A stretch of 64,000 bases of DNA from Vulcanimicrobiota bacterium (GCA_963833095.1 CAWHWQ010000005.1:448001-512000), one strand, 5' to 3'; numbered from the stretch's first letter, positions 34,790 to 47,815 are shown. The notes: generated by a model from the letters alone, not told the origin. Translations and numbers: made by a program.

Positions 34790-37008
34790 AACGGCTGCAG
34801 AAGAGATCTTGTTGGCCGCCTTCGCCATCTTGCCAAGCCGCGGCGCCATCATTTCGAGCTCGGCGAAGCCGAGCAGAATTTTGCGCGGCTTGGTGCCTTC
34901 GTGCGGCCCGACGACTTTGAACTCTTCGAGCTGCTTCATCAAGCGCACCGCGCGCGGATGGCCGATCGAAAACTGCGACTGCAGCTGCGCGGTCGACGCG
35001 TAGTTGGTTTCGATGATGAACTTGGCGGCGTCGTAGCAGAGCGGGATCGGCGTCTCTTACCGTTCTTTTCTCGTCGTCGCCGACCGGAACGATCTCGACG
35101 TCGAGCAGATTATCCGGCCGCGCCTGCTTCGCCCAGAAGTCGACGAGCCGCGTTGACCTCGTTGCCGGTGATCAGCGCGCCCTGCGCGCGAATCGGCTTG
35201 GGCGCGTCGATCGGGAGATAGAGCATGTCGCCGCGGCCGAGCAGCCGTTCCGCGCCGTTCATATCGAGAATCGTGCGCGAGTCGACTTGCGAACTCACCG
35301 CAAAGGCGATGCGCGACGGAACGTTGGCTTTGATCAAGCCGGTGATGACGTCGACCGACGGGCGCTGCGTCGCAACGATCAGGTGGATGCCGGTCGCGCG
35401 CGCGAGCTGCGCGATCCGCATGATCGTCGTTTCGACTTTGGCCGGCGCGACCAGCATCAAATCGGCAAGCTCGTCGATGATGATCACGATGTACGGTAGC
35501 TTTTCGTCGGGAAACTTCGCGTTGTATTCTTCGATCTTGCGCACGCCCGCCTTGGCGAAGCGCTCGTAGCGCGAATCCATTTCCTTGGTCATCTCGAACA
35601 GCGCGCCGGCCGCCAGGCGCGCGTCGGTGATTACCTCTTTGATAAGATGCGGAATGCCGTTGTAGACGGTCAGTTCGACGCGCTTCGGATCGATCATCAG
35701 CAGCTGCACTTGATCCGGCGTTGCGATGACCAGCAGCGAAGCGATGATCGTATTCAGGCAGACGGATTTGCCCGAGCCGGTCGCGCCGGCGACGAGCAAA
35801 TGCGGCATCTTGCGCGAGGTCGCCGAAGACCGGGCGGCCGGTGATGTCTTTGCCGAGCGCCATCCAAAGCGGCGGAACCGTTCCGCGGTTCGGCATCGCT
35901 TCGAGAATCTCGCGGATCGCCACGATCGACACCGTTTGAGTTCGGGATCTCGATCCCGACTGCCGATTTGCCGGGAATCGGCGCTTCGATGCGCACGCTG
36001 GTCGCCGCCAGCGCGAGCGCGAGATCGTCGGCGAGCGAGGCGATCTTCGAAATCTTGATGCCGCGCTCGGGCTTGAGTTCGTAGCGCGTGATCGACGGGC
36101 CGCGCTCGATATGCATCACCTTCGCGCCGACACCGAAGCTCGCCAGCGTGTCTTCGAGCACGTGCGCGCGGTTCGAATCGTCGACGACTTGCGCTTGCGG
36201 CGGATCGAAGAGCGCAAGATCGGGCAGGCGGTACGTACGCGTCGAGGCGACGAGGTCGGCGGATTCGTACTCGCCCGGCAACCGCCGCCGGCACCGGCAT
36301 GGGCGATCGGCGCCGACGGCCGGTACAGGCGAAAGAACGATCGGAGCAGCGACGCGCGGCGGCGGCGGTTCCGTCCTCCACTTCGTCGCTCGGCGTCGCA
36401 GCGTTGACGGCTTCGGCTGCTTGCGGTCGCTGCTTTGGAAGCGCAGAACGCCTCGCGCACCGAGGCGTGCCCTTCCGGGACCGGCAAGCGACATCTTCGG
36501 AAATTTTGGCGAGCGAATCCGCCGAGAGGAACACGAGCACCCGGCCGATGAGCTGCTTGAGGCTGACGTTCGTCAGCCACAGCGTGAGCGACAGCGCGAC
36601 CGAGCACCAGCACGACCCAGGCGCCGGCCGTGCCGACAAGGCCGCTCAGCGCCCACCAGATGCTGCCGCCGACAAGCCCGCCGTTCCGCTGCGGCCGGCT
36701 GAGCCAAACATCGCATCGATGATCAGGAAATAGACGAGCGCCGACGTGCCCTGCGTGGCGATCAGCCCCGGAACGTTGACTTCAAGGAAGATGATCCCGC
36801 CGAAAAGCGCGACCAGCACCGGGAAAAGCGCGGCGGCTCCTCCAAAGAGTCCGTGCAGTCCGTCCGCGAGCGCGTGGCCGATGTTGCCGGCGTGCTGCGG
36901 CACCGCCAGGGAGATTCCGCAGAGGATCGCCATTCCGAACGCGGCGATTCCGACGATCTCGAGGTTCAGCCGCTTCCTCGCGCTCGTCTTCCGGCGTGCT
37001 CTTGCCAT
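34790..37008 (-). CDS. ftsK: DNA translocase FtsK/SpoIIIE (indels)
   Basis: N-terminal TMs, [39 protein letters not shown], gamma-domain fragment. Confidence 0.93.
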
Positions 37009-37045
37009 GGAAACTATCGTTTCTTCGTATCGATTAGGAGTTCAT

Positions 37046-38130
37046 TTGACGACCCCGACCATCGTCGTCCTCGAGGGCGACCAGACCGGACAAGAACTGC
37101 TCGTCGAAGCGCTGCGCGTGCTCGACCGATCGGTCATCGACATCGAGCTGCCTTCGAGCACTACGACCTCTCGCTCGAAAATCGGCGCGAGACGAAGAAC
37201 GCACGTCGTGCTACGATGCCGCCGACAGCGATGAAGAAACATCGTCTCGGCCTCAAAGCCGCGACGATCACGCCGGAACAAAAAGGCGACGTCGGTTCGC
37301 CCAACGCGATCCTGCGCAAAGCGGTCGACGGCAAAGTGATCGTCCGCACCGGCCGCAAACTGCCGCGCGTGCGCCCGGTCGCCGGCATTCACGCGCCGAT
37401 CTCGGTCGTGCGCATGGCCGTCGGCGACGCGTACGGCGCGAAGGAATGGCGCGAAGGCGAGGGGATGGACGAAGTCGCGTATCGGACCGAAGCGATTTCG
37501 CGCAGCGTCTGCCGGTCCGTCGCTGAATACGCGTTCGTTCACGCGCGCAAAATGGGCGCGAAGGTTTTCGGCGGCCCGAAGTACACGGTCAGCCCGGTCT
37601 ACGAAGGGATGCTCAAGGAAGAGATGGATGCCGCCGGCCGCGCGCCATCCCGACGTTCCGTACGAACCGCAGCTCATCGACGCGACCTACGCGCTGCTGC
37701 TTTCGAATGCCGGCGACTACCGCTGGTGATTCCGTCGCTCAATCGCGACGGCGACTGCCTCTCGGATTTGGTCATGCAGCTCTTCGGCTCGATCGCCGGC
37801 GCCGAATCGGTGCTGCTCGTCGTTCGACGACGAGCTCAAGCCAGATCGGTCGTCATGGCCGAAGCTCCGCACGGCACGGCGCCGCGGCTCTTCGGAAAGA
37901 ACGTCGCCAACCCGCTGGCGATGATCCTGGCGGCCGGCGCGGTGCTCTCCTACATCGAGGACCGGCGCGCCGAGCAACGCAGTCGCGTGCCATCTACGAG
38001 GCCGTCCTTCGAAGCCGTCCACGAGGGCATCGCCACCGCCGATCTCGGCGGCCACTCGACCACGACCGAGTTCACCGACGCCGTCATCGAAGGCGTGCGA
38101 CGCAAACTCGACGTCTGGTCGACGCTCTAG
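37046..38130 (+). CDS. Isocitrate/isopropylmalate dehydrogenase family protein (indels)
   Basis: AGGAG SD then TTG; LEGDQTGQE, KAATITP, SPNAILRK, NRDGDCLSD, EAPHGTAP, TADLGG. Confidence 0.88.
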
Positions 38131-38160
38131 CTCTGGGATGAGTGTAAAGTTTCATATAAA

Positions 38161-38193
38161 CCAGGACCACGGAACTATAGTTCCTTGGTCTGG
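38161..38193. promoter_or_regulatory. Intergenic inverted repeat centred on GGAAC-TATA-GTTCC
   Basis: CCAG-GACCACGGAACTA|TAGTTCCTTGGTC-TGG in an AT-richer gap upstream of the PilZ genes. Confidence 0.5.
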
Positions 38194-38234
38194 GGTTAAG
38201 CAGGCGCTTACGGGGGACCGATTTTATAAAAAGG

Positions 38235-39089
38235 ATGTTGGGGCTCTCACGACGCGCCGTTCAAGGTATTGAACGGGGCAATCAGCGACGTACCTACCGG
38301 CAGTCGATCGAGTTACCGATTGCGATCGAGGCTGGTCTGCCCGCGCCTGTATATGGAACCCTCGTCAATATTTCCGAGACCGGTTGCCGGATACGCTCGC
38401 TGATCCTGATCGATCGCGACCGCGACGTCCGCTTCGAACTCAAGCGCCCCGGTCACAAAGCCATCTCGCTCAAGGGACGCGTCGTCTCGCGCTCGACCCC
38501 TGCCACCGGCGGCGGATATGAGTACGGCGTCACCTTCGTCCTGAGCAATTCGGAGCGCGAGGTGCTCCTGCGGGAGATTCAAGAGATGCAGCGCCGCGAA
38601 GCTGCGGCTCGGGCGGATAATCGCCCGCAAGCCGCTGTGACGCCGGCGACCACCGGCAAGCAGCGCCGCGGCAGCGTCCGCACGATGGTCGGATTTCGGG
38701 TCCGCTACCGGACCCCCGGCAAACCTGCGATTGTGGCCGAGGCCAATGACGTCTCAATGGGCGGTCTGCGCCTCATCACGGTCGAGAAGATCGAGATCGG
38801 GACGATGGTCGAGTTGCGCTTCACGCTTCCCAACAGCGTGCTGTGGGTCTACCCGGCAGCCGAGCAACGCACCGAGATCACGCCCTTCGGCGAGCGCCGC
38901 ATCCGGATTCCCGACAACCGTCGCGCTTTCGACGAGATGCTCGTTCACGGCCGCGTCGTGTCGCGTTTCGCGCCGCAGCGTGAGCGCGAAGTCTACGGCG
39001 TGCAGTTCACCGATATCGATGGTTACCAACGCGAGGAGATCGCGCGCTTTACGCATGCGGTGCAACTCGCGAAACTTCGGTCGGATTAG
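38235..39089 (+). CDS. Tandem PilZ-domain protein
   Basis: QRRTYR plus NISETG; QRRGSVR plus DVSMGG. Confidence 0.88.
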   Translation: MLGLSRRAVQGIERGNQRRTYRQSIELPIAIEAGLPAPVYGTLVNISETGCRIRSLILIDRDRDVRFELKRPGHKAISLKGRVVSRSTPATGGGYEYGVTFVLSNSEREVLLREIQEMQRREAAARADNRPQAAVTPATTGKQRRGSVRTMVGFRVRYRTPGKPAIVAEANDVSMGGLRLITVEKIEIGTMVELRFTLPNSVLWVYPAAEQRTEITPFGERRIRIPDNRRAFDEMLVHGRVVSRFAPQREREVYGVQFTDIDGYQREEIARFTHAVQLAKLRSD

Positions 39090-39125
39090 ACCGCAGCGGA
39101 CATTCCAAGGAAAGGCTACCCTATC

Positions 39126-40016
39126 ATGAGCTGGATTCCCAAGAAGAGTACGACCGCAATGGGTTGGGGTGCACCCGCGCAGATTGCAACTCCTGTCGCG
39201 ACCCTGATGACTCCCCGTTCCGCGGTTTGCTCGCTGGAGATGCCGGTCGTGATGAGCGTGCGCCGTCTGCCGGCGCCGGTTTACGGCACGCTGATTGATA
39301 TCAACGCCCAAAGCGCTCGCGTTCGTTCGCTGGTCCTGATGGAGCGCGGCGCCGAGGTCGAGTTCGACTTAGCGCTCCTTGGAAACGAGCCGATCACGCT
39401 CAACGGCCGAGTTGACGCGCGTCGTAACGCCAACTCCGGTGCCCGGTTCGAGTATCACCTCTCATTCGCGTCAATGGCCGAGGCTCAAATCGATGCATTG
39501 GTCCGCATGGTTCGCGCTCTCGAACAGCGCAACGCGGCGTCGCGCTCGATTCAGAACTCGATTGCGCAGCTTCCCACGACCGACAAAGCAAAGCGCGGCA
39601 GCTACCGCGCGCTCTCCGCGTTTCCGGCCTATTTCCGTCGCGAGGGCGACGCGTGGGGCGAAGGCAAGGTTGGTGACATCTCCGCGACCGGAATCCGCAT
39701 GAGCTGCGCCGAGCTCGTTGCGATTGGCACGATGCTCGATATGCGGATCACGTTGCCCTCGAGTGTGTTGGACGTCTACCCGGAAGAGACGGCGGTGCTC
39801 GACCTGACGCAAAACGTGCCGCGCCGCATCGGCCGCGCCGACATGCGTCGCAAGTTCGAAGAGATGGTGCTGCGCGGACGCGTAGTCACGCGCTTCCAGC
39901 CGGTCCGTGATCGCGAAGTCTACGGCGTTGCGTTCATCGAGATCGACGGATACCAACGCGAAGAAATCGCGCGCTTCACGCACGCGGTGCAGCTCTCGAA
40001 GATCCGCAGCGCCTAG
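39126..40016 (+). CDS. PilZ-domain protein, paralog of the upstream gene
   Basis: KRGSYR plus DISATG; shared C-terminus IDGYQREEIARFTHAVQL. Confidence 0.85.
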   Translation: MSWIPKKSTTAMGWGAPAQIATPVATLMTPRSAVCSLEMPVVMSVRRLPAPVYGTLIDINAQSARVRSLVLMERGAEVEFDLALLGNEPITLNGRVDARRNANSGARFEYHLSFASMAEAQIDALVRMVRALEQRNAASRSIQNSIAQLPTTDKAKRGSYRALSAFPAYFRREGDAWGEGKVGDISATGIRMSCAELVAIGTMLDMRITLPSSVLDVYPEETAVLDLTQNVPRRIGRADMRRKFEEMVLRGRVVTRFQPVRDREVYGVAFIEIDGYQREEIARFTHAVQLSKIRSA

Positions 40017-40038
40017 ACGATTCGGCCGCGGCTAGCGG

Positions 40039-40885
40039 TTAACGTAGCGAGATCAACAAAACGCCGGCGAGCGCAAGTGCGACGCCGGCTTTTTGCGTGC
40101 GCGCGAGCCGCTCCTTGAGCACGACCCGAGCCAGGAACACGGTGCTCGCCGGATAGAGGCCGGTAAGCACCGCGGCGATCGCGAGACTGCCGTAGAACGT
40201 TGCGAGGACATACAGCACGTTCGCGATCATGTCGAGCAGACCGCACACGACGATCGGCGGCCAGTCTGAGCGAGGAGCGGCGAGGCTCGCACGCGTCGCA
40301 AGCGTGACGACTAGCAAGAGCGCGATTGACGCAAGACGCGCTGCGACGAGGTTATGCAAACCCGAGGCCGGATGCGTAATTCGACAGCAAGATAAGAAAC
40401 CGCCGAAGCCGAAGCCGGCGATGATCGCCTCCCTCACACCCTCCGTCGCAATCTCACGCTTGCCGTAGTCCTCAAACGAGAGCGAGATCATGACAATTGC
40501 GATAAGCGCGAGGACAAGGCCGATCATTTGAATGAGTGCGAGCCGGTCGCCGCGTATCGTTCCATAGATCAGCGGAATGGCGGCCGCTAAAACTGCGGTG
40601 ATCGGCGAAACGACGCCCATTTTCCCAATCGAAAGCGCGTGATACAGCATCGCCATGCCAATGCCGCCGCCAACGCCGCCGAGCAAACGCCCAACAAATA
40701 GTCGCTCGCAACCGGCTGGCCCCGGCGAGAACGGAAGCCGGCGACGGAGCAGGGCAAAACCGGCGGCTTGCGAGAGCGCGGCACGCTGAAGATCGTGGCG
40801 CGCCGCGCCGCTACCCCGCCTAAAAATCGGCCGCCCCGTAGAGCGCAGCCGAGAAGCAGGCTCAGCGCGACGCCGATCGCGCGCT
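40039..40885 (-). CDS. EamA/DMT-family transporter (indels near the start)
   Basis: LYHALSIGKMGVVSPI, LYPASTVFLARVVLKERL; many TMs. Confidence 0.85.
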
Positions 40886-42587
40886 AGACTTCCATCACCA
40901 CCGGAATCACCACCGGCCGGCGTTTCGTTCGCGCGTAGATCGACTTGGTGACGGTAGTGCGAATGTGTTCTTTGACGGCGTTGACGTCGCGCATCGCTTC
41001 GACCGAAACCTCGCCGATCGCCGTCACGCAGTTCGGTGCGCAGTTCGTCGAGCACGCCGTCCGACTCGGGCAAGATAGAAGACGCCCTTCGAGATGAGAT
41101 CCGGGCCCGCCGATCACGCGCGCTTCTTCGGAATCGATCGCGACGACGACCATCATGATGCCGTCGTTGGAGAGCGCCTTGCGGTCGCGCAATACCGCCT
41201 CGCCGACGTCGCCGACGCCCGAGCCGTCGACGAGCACGTTGCCGCCGTACGTCTTGCCGATCTTGTCGCCGTACTCTTGCGTGAACTCGAGCACGTCGCC
41301 GTTCTCGACGACGAAGACGTTGTCGGATTCGACGCCGGTCTGCACCGCCAGGCGTCCGTGCTGCACGAGCATGCGGTACTCGCCGTGCACCGGCACGAAG
41401 AACTCCGGCCGCACGAGGTTGAGCATCAGCAGCAGCTCTTCTTGCGAGGCGTGCCCGGAGACGTGCGACTTGCCGTCGGTGCCGTGAATCACGTGCGCGC
41501 CGAGCTTGTAGAGATTGTTGATCGTCTTATAGACGCTCTTCTCGTTGCCCGGGAATCGGCGTCGCGCTGATCACGATCGTATCGCCCGGGACGATGCGGA
41601 ACTTCTTATGATCGCGCACCGACATGCGCGCGAGGCCGCTCATCGGTTCGCCCTGCGAACCGGTCGTCATCACCACGACCTGTTCCGGCGGATAGCTGTC
41701 GACGTCTTCGATCTTGATCGTCGTCCCGGGCGGGATGCGCAGGTGCCCGAGCTCGCTCGAGAAATGCACGACGTTCTGCATCGAGCGCCCGAGGAACGCG
41801 ACCTTGCGCCCGAAGCGCTCGGCGTGGTCGACGGCCTGCTGGATGCGCGGCACGTTCGACGCAAACGACGCGATGACGATGCGCCCTTTGGCGCGCGCGA
41901 AGATCGCCGTAAAAGCCTCGCCGACGATGCGCTCGGAGAGCGTATGGCCGGGCCGTTCCGCGTTGGTGGAATCCGAGAGCATGCACAGCACGCCGCTCGT
42001 CGCCGACGCGCGCGATGCGCGCGAAGTCGGCGGGCTTGCCGTCGATCGGCGTTTGGTCGAACTTGAAGTCGCCGGTGTGGAAGATCGCGCCGACCGGCGT
42101 GCGGAGCGCCAGCGCGCAGGCGCCCGCCACCGAGTGATTGATGTGCACGAACTCGGCGTCGATCGAGCCGTAACGACACACGGTCGCCCGGCTTGACCTG
42201 CATGAAGTTCGATTTCGCCCATCTTGTGCTCGCGCGATTTGGCTTTGATCAGCGCGACCGTCATCGGCGTTCCGGCGACCGGCGTGTCCGGAAACTCGCG
42301 CAGAAAATACGGGATGCCGCCGATGTGATCTTCGTGCCCGTGCGTCACGAGCACGCCGCGCAGCTTGTGCGCGCGCTCGCGCACATAGGTGAAATCGTTG
42401 ATGACGACATCGACGCCGAACATCTCTTCGTCGGGGAACATCAGGCCGCAGTCGACCACGACCAGATCGTCGTTGGTCTCGATCACGGTCATGTTGCGGC
42501 CGATTTCGCCGCACCCGCCGAGAGGGACGACGCGAACGTAGGGCTCGTCCGGGCGGCGCGGGACGATCAGGGTATCGGGTTATTCAA
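40884..42587 (-). CDS. rnj: Ribonuclease J (indels)
   Basis: PLGGCGEIGRNM, THGHEDHIG, HTGDFKFD, TGSQGEPM, HVSGHA, PVHGEYRM. Confidence 0.93.
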
Positions 42588-43034
42588 AATGGCGCACTTT
42601 TCTTCGCGGACGGCGCGGGTGATGGAGGCTCAGGCTCAACGATACCTCGCAGGGGTTGCCCTGGTTGGCTACCGCAGCGGCCCTTACCCTGGCCTCACCG
42701 GCGCCCCAGGAGCTACCTTCGCCCAGGCCGCCGGCCGCGGCGAGTACTCCGGCCGTCCCGGGCGCGTTCTTCTCGAAAAGCGCCCTGCGCCGGGCCCGGC
42801 TCATCATCCAGATGCATATGCTGGAGCTGCGCGAAGAGCGACTCGAATGCGTCCGTGCCGCGATTTTGCGGCGCCTCCCGCCGGAACTGCGGCCGACCGC
42901 AACAGGCTCGAGTGCCAGTGGAGTGAAACAATCGAGCGCTCCGAGCGCTACAACACCCCGTAGCGCGATTTCGAAAAGCGAGGATAAACAAGTGCTGGTA
43001 GCCGACAACAAATGCTTCATCGAGAGAGGGCCTC

Positions 43035-43746
43035 ATGGCTATCGACTAACCGCGACCCGAAGGCGAACGGCCTAAAGACGCATTCGATACGTCATTTCCC
43101 CCAAGGAGGCATTCGAATCGCTTCGAGTCGTCGCCGACCTGGGGATGGGCGCATTTCTCATCACCTCGTGCGTCGCGATCTGCCCATACTTCGTGCCATG
43201 ATGCCCGCAAGCATTCGTGGCATCGCCGGCGACTTTGCGAAGAACCCGCAGATGCGCGGATGACCCCCGAGCAAGTCGCAAAAAGCGCTGGACATGGCCA
43301 AGAGGTCTGAGCTTTATCTGGCGGGGCCATTCTACGATCGTCGTGCTCTTCTTCGGCCTGATCGAAGCGCTCATCATGCTGGTCTTCAACGCCATGGGCC
43401 GCGGGTCGGGCACGTTGAAACGCTCTGGGCGAGCGCGGTGAACATCGGGATCATCTACGGAATCTCGCAGATCGTCGGAATGGCGGTCATCCTCTTGCGC
43501 GGCGCGGACGCTTCACAACGGCGGCGGTGAAGTCGGCGGTCCCTTCGCTCGCGCTGCTCGCACCGGCGGGTGCGGGCATAAAACTGGTGGCGTTCCTCGC
43601 CACGATCACGCCGTTTTCGATCTGGTCGATCGTGCTCGTGATGATGACGATGACGATCGTGGCACGCGTTCCAAAACTCCAAGCGTGGCTCGCCGCGATT
43701 CTTGTTGGGTTTTACCCGCACTTATGCCGTGGTGTTTGCCAAGTAA
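43035..43746 (+). CDS. Yip1-family (YknW-like) membrane protein (heavily frameshifted)
   Basis: Fragments SPKEAFESLR, PTWGW, PSLALLAP, ITPFSIWS; TM-rich; SD-like GAGAGGGG before the ATG. Confidence 0.6.
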
Positions 43747-43758
43747 GTAGGAAGATCG

Positions 43759-45270
43759 ATGCCCTGGAAGACTCTCGTGCTGCCGGTTATCGCGGCGGTG
43801 GCGCTCTCGACCGGCCCGATTCGGGCCGGTAAGCGGACCACGCTTACCCCGCGACAACGCACCGCGCATACGGCCCATACCGGGCCGCCTTCAACGGCGG
43901 CTCAGCTGCGCCCCGGCGGCGCTCGGCCGGCAGCCGATGTCACTGAGCGATGCGGTCACCTACGCGTTGACCACAGTTCGACGGTCTCCACAGCAGATCG
44001 CCAACGTCGCCGACGCCAGCACGCACTCGCATCACAACGGGCGACGCGTGGCCGCTGGTCAACGGGCAGCTTCAGAGCTACCTTCCAAAAGCGCCAACTT
44101 CGAGGGCGCGTTCGCCGCAATCGGCGCTTCGCAGCAAAATGAGTCAGCCAGAACACCGTGCAGATCGGCATCAAGTAACTGGAACCTGGACAGCGGCGGA
44201 TTTGCTTTCCTGGCAGCTGGCCGCGGCCCGCGCCTCAGGAAGCCCAGGCCCGCAACACGCTGGCCAATACGGAGGACCAGATCGCGACCAGCGTGACCAA
44301 CTCCTTTTACGCCAGTCGCCCAGCGGCAGGCCACGTGCTGGTCGATCTCGTCGCGCCTCAACTATCAAAACATCTTGCTCGACGCGTCAAAAACCAAAGA
44401 GAAAGCCGGCGTGGCTGCGGGCGTCGACGTCCTGCAGGCGCAGGCGCCAAGCCAAGAGCGAGTCGCAGCTCGTTGCCGATCGCGCCGGCGTCGACGACGC
44501 GAGCGAGCAGCTCGCCAACAGATCGGCGCACCGATCCAATCGAAGTTCCTGGTGCCACACGCCATCCCGCAGCCGCCGATTCCGCCAGGATCCGTCGACT
44601 CGCTCGTTGCGATTGCCGACGTCAATGCCGCCCCGACGTCTTCCGCCGCGCACGAGGCCGTCTGGCCGCGCAATTACACGCGCAAGGGCTGGAACGTCGA
44701 ACTCTGTTCCGTGAATCCATCTCGGCCAACATCGGCAACCAGTTTTCCCCGACGGGCGCGGTGGCCGAGCAGCAATCGATCGATCAGGAATGCACCGCCG
44801 GTCTCATCCCGCGCCGATGCCCGACCGTGCCGCGCGGCTCGTTCGGGTTCTGGTCGATTCGGCGCTGTCTCGACGTTCTCGCTGCCGATCGTCGACTACA
44901 ACGCGCGCCACAGCGAGCGCGTCAACGACGACGCGCAGCTCGCTTCGGCGAAGACGAACGCTGGACCAAACCCGCCACAAGGCAGATCGACGTTCGCCAA
45001 GCTATCGCGCCGCGAAGACCGCGGAAGCCCAGCTCTGCCTCGCGCAAGTCGAAGCCACGGCCGGCACGGAAGCCGCACGCATCGCCGAACTGCAGTACAA
45101 GCGCCGGCGTGAAGGGGATCTACGACGTCCTTCAGGCGCAGCAAGAATCGCCCAATCGGCGCAAAACGACTACGTGAACGCGCGCGATCAACTACGTCAA
45201 TGCGGTCGTCAAACTGCGAGTCTCGCTCGGAACCTACACTGCCCGAAGCGCCGTCCTGGATCTGAAATAG
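43759..45270 (+). CDS. TolC-family outer-membrane efflux protein (heavily frameshifted)
   Basis: Signal peptide, MSLSDAVTYAL, GVAAGVDVLQAQ, TFSLPIVDY, ARIAELQY, YDVLQAQ fragments. Confidence 0.72.
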
Positions 45271-45278
45271 GAAGCATC

Positions 45279-46603
45279 ATGAGCAAACGCACACGCAACC
45301 TCATCATCATCGCCGGCGCGCTCGTGCTGCTCGTGATCGTCGCGGTCGTCGCTGCTCGCCGCAAGCACGCCGATGTCGCCGAAGTCCGGCTGCAAAACTC
45401 AGCTACACGACATTTACCGTGAAGCTTCCCGAGAACGGCGTCGTGATGAATCCCACGACGCGGCGACGATTCCGGCGCTGGTCGGCTGGCAACCTCGGGC
45501 AGATCTTCGTTCAAGGCCGGCAGCGCGGTAAGCCAGGGCGAATTGCTCGCGACGATTTACAACCCGACGATCCAGTACAACGCGGCGGGCTCGCGAGGCC
45601 GACTGCGGCATCGGCCGGTTGCGAACATCTCCGCGGCGCGTGGTCTCGAGAAAGAGCGCGCAAGGTCGGCAATCAGGCGCAGGTCGATACGAACAAGTCG
45701 TGCGCTCGATCTAGCGCAAGCGCGTGTACGAGGAAGACGTGTCGCATGTTACGCCAACAAGGCGATCCGCGCAATCAAGCTCGACACCGACAAAGCCAAC
45801 GCTCGACCAGGCGCAAGTCGCCTACGATCAATCCGTGCAGCAGCTAAAGCTCGGCGCGGTCTCCGGCTACAACGGCGGCTCGCGTTCAAGCGGCGCAAGC
45901 GGCGGCCGAAAAGAGCGAGCATCATCAACGCTCAGAACCAGCAACAGACTCGCGTTCTACAGATCCGCGCGCCGTTCGAGCGGCGTCATCCAAAGCGTGA
46001 CGCTGCGCAGACCAACAACGCGCTGCGCCCGCTCCAGCCCGGCGATGCGGTCGACGGCGGGGCAAGCGATCTTCACAATCGCCGGCGGACACGATTACAT
46101 CGTGCGCGCGCAAGTCGACGAACAGGACATCATCAACGTGCGCCTCGGGCAAGCCGGCGAACGTGAGCGGAGAAGATTTTCCCGGCAAGACCATTCACGG
46201 GCACGTCGCGCGCATCGCACCGATCGCGACAAAATCGACCGATGCCTCGAGCACCGCGAAGCAAGTGCTCACGACGATCGCAGCTCGACCAGAACCCGCC
46301 GTTTCTCCGCGACGGAATGAGCGCCGACGTGGACATTCTCACGACCGACATTCCGCGCGTCGATCGCGATTCCGAACGACGCAATCGTCACAAGAGAACG
46401 GCAAATCCGCCTACGTCTACGTCGTGCAGCGGCGGCATCGCCAAGAAGCGCTCCGTACCTAGGTCGCCGGGAAACGGCGACACGCAAACGTTCGTGATGT
46501 CCGGATTTGCCCCGGCGACGCGATCGTCGCGCAGAAGGCCCTCGGCCTCACCGACGGTGCGAAGGTGAAAGCGATGCCGTCACCGCCGAGCTCGCTCCCC
46601 TAG
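45279..46603 (+). CDS. Membrane-fusion (MacA-like) periplasmic adaptor (indels)
   Basis: N-terminal TM, IRAPF, VRAQVDEQDIINVRLGQ, LRDGMSADVDI. Confidence 0.82.
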
Positions 46604-46608
46604 GCTAC

Positions 46609-47815
46609 ATGACCTATCTTCTCTCCTATCTCGAGGAAGCGATCGCGGCGCTGTGGCGCAATCGAGTGCGCTCGGTCTTGACGATGCTCGGCATGATCAT
46701 CGGAGCGCGTCGATCATTGCCGTCTTCGGCATCAGCCGGGCCGCGACGAGCGGGATTACCGGAACCTTCGCGTCGTTCGGCACCCGGTCCCCATCGGCGT
46801 CGAGACCATCGTCACAGAACTATCCGGCACGCGCGCAATGCGTTACCGACGACGCTGCCTCTGTTGGCCGCAGCCCTCGGCGATCGAGTCGAGCGACGTG
46901 CAAACCATCGTGGGAGCGCACCTAGAAAGTCGCTATACGGAGCGACGAACGAGCATTACTCGGTTGCGACACAGGATCGTTTCAAGACGATTCCTTGCGA
47001 TGACCGAGGGACGCAAGATCGACGCGAACGACGTAGCCTAGCGCGGCGCGCGTCGTTGCGCTTATCGCAGAGCTCGCCGACAAGTTTTTCACGGACGCGC
47101 CAGTCGATCGGACAAGAACTTACGATCAACGGTGCCCGCTATACAGTTGTCGGCGTCTATCGCCGACATCAAGGCTCGTCCTCTGCTCAACGTCAATTGC
47201 CGGCTCGATTATATCGTCATTCCCGACTCGACGTTTCACCGCGATCTCAACGAGCCTCCGCCGACAACATTGAAATCTACCCATTGAAGGGGTCGAATGC
47301 CGACGCGCTGCGCGACCAAATCGTGAGCGTGCTCCAGCACATCCATGGACCGCAGGCCCAATACGTCGTCACCGATAGCGCCGCCCACATCGGCAGTTTC
47401 GAAAACGTGCTCAACATCATCGCGCGTCGGCCTTCGGCGCCATCGGCGGCGTCGCGCTGGTCGTCGCCGGCATCGGCATCATGAACATCATGCTGGTGTC
47501 GGTGACCGAGCGCACGCGCGAGATCGGCATTCGCAAATCGATCGGCGCAAACCGCGGCAACATCATCTTGCAGTTCCTGATGGAGTCGTCGTGCTTTCGC
47601 TCATCGGCGGCGGCATCGGCATGGGGCTCGGCATCGCGCGTCACGCATCGGCGCGCGCACGTGCTCAGCCACACAGCTCGGCGCGCTGCTCATTCCGTAC
47701 TTGCTGATCGTCAGCATCGCGCTCGCGTTTTCGATCGCGATCGGGAATGGTCTTCGGCACGTATCCGGCGAATCGCGCGGCCAGCCTGGACCCGATCGAG
47801 GCGCTGCGCTCGTGA
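46609..47815 (+). CDS. MacB/FtsX-family ABC permease 1 (indels)
   Basis: [48 protein letters not shown]. Confidence 0.88.

Noticed and set aside
37046..38130. Calling this gene leuB or icd
   Set aside because: Family is clear, but substrate specificity cannot be assigned from the frameshifted sequence
42580..43075. Gene between rnj and the Yip1-like gene
   Set aside because: Candidate ORFs on both strands, none with recognisable motifs in an error-rich region; cannot be supported
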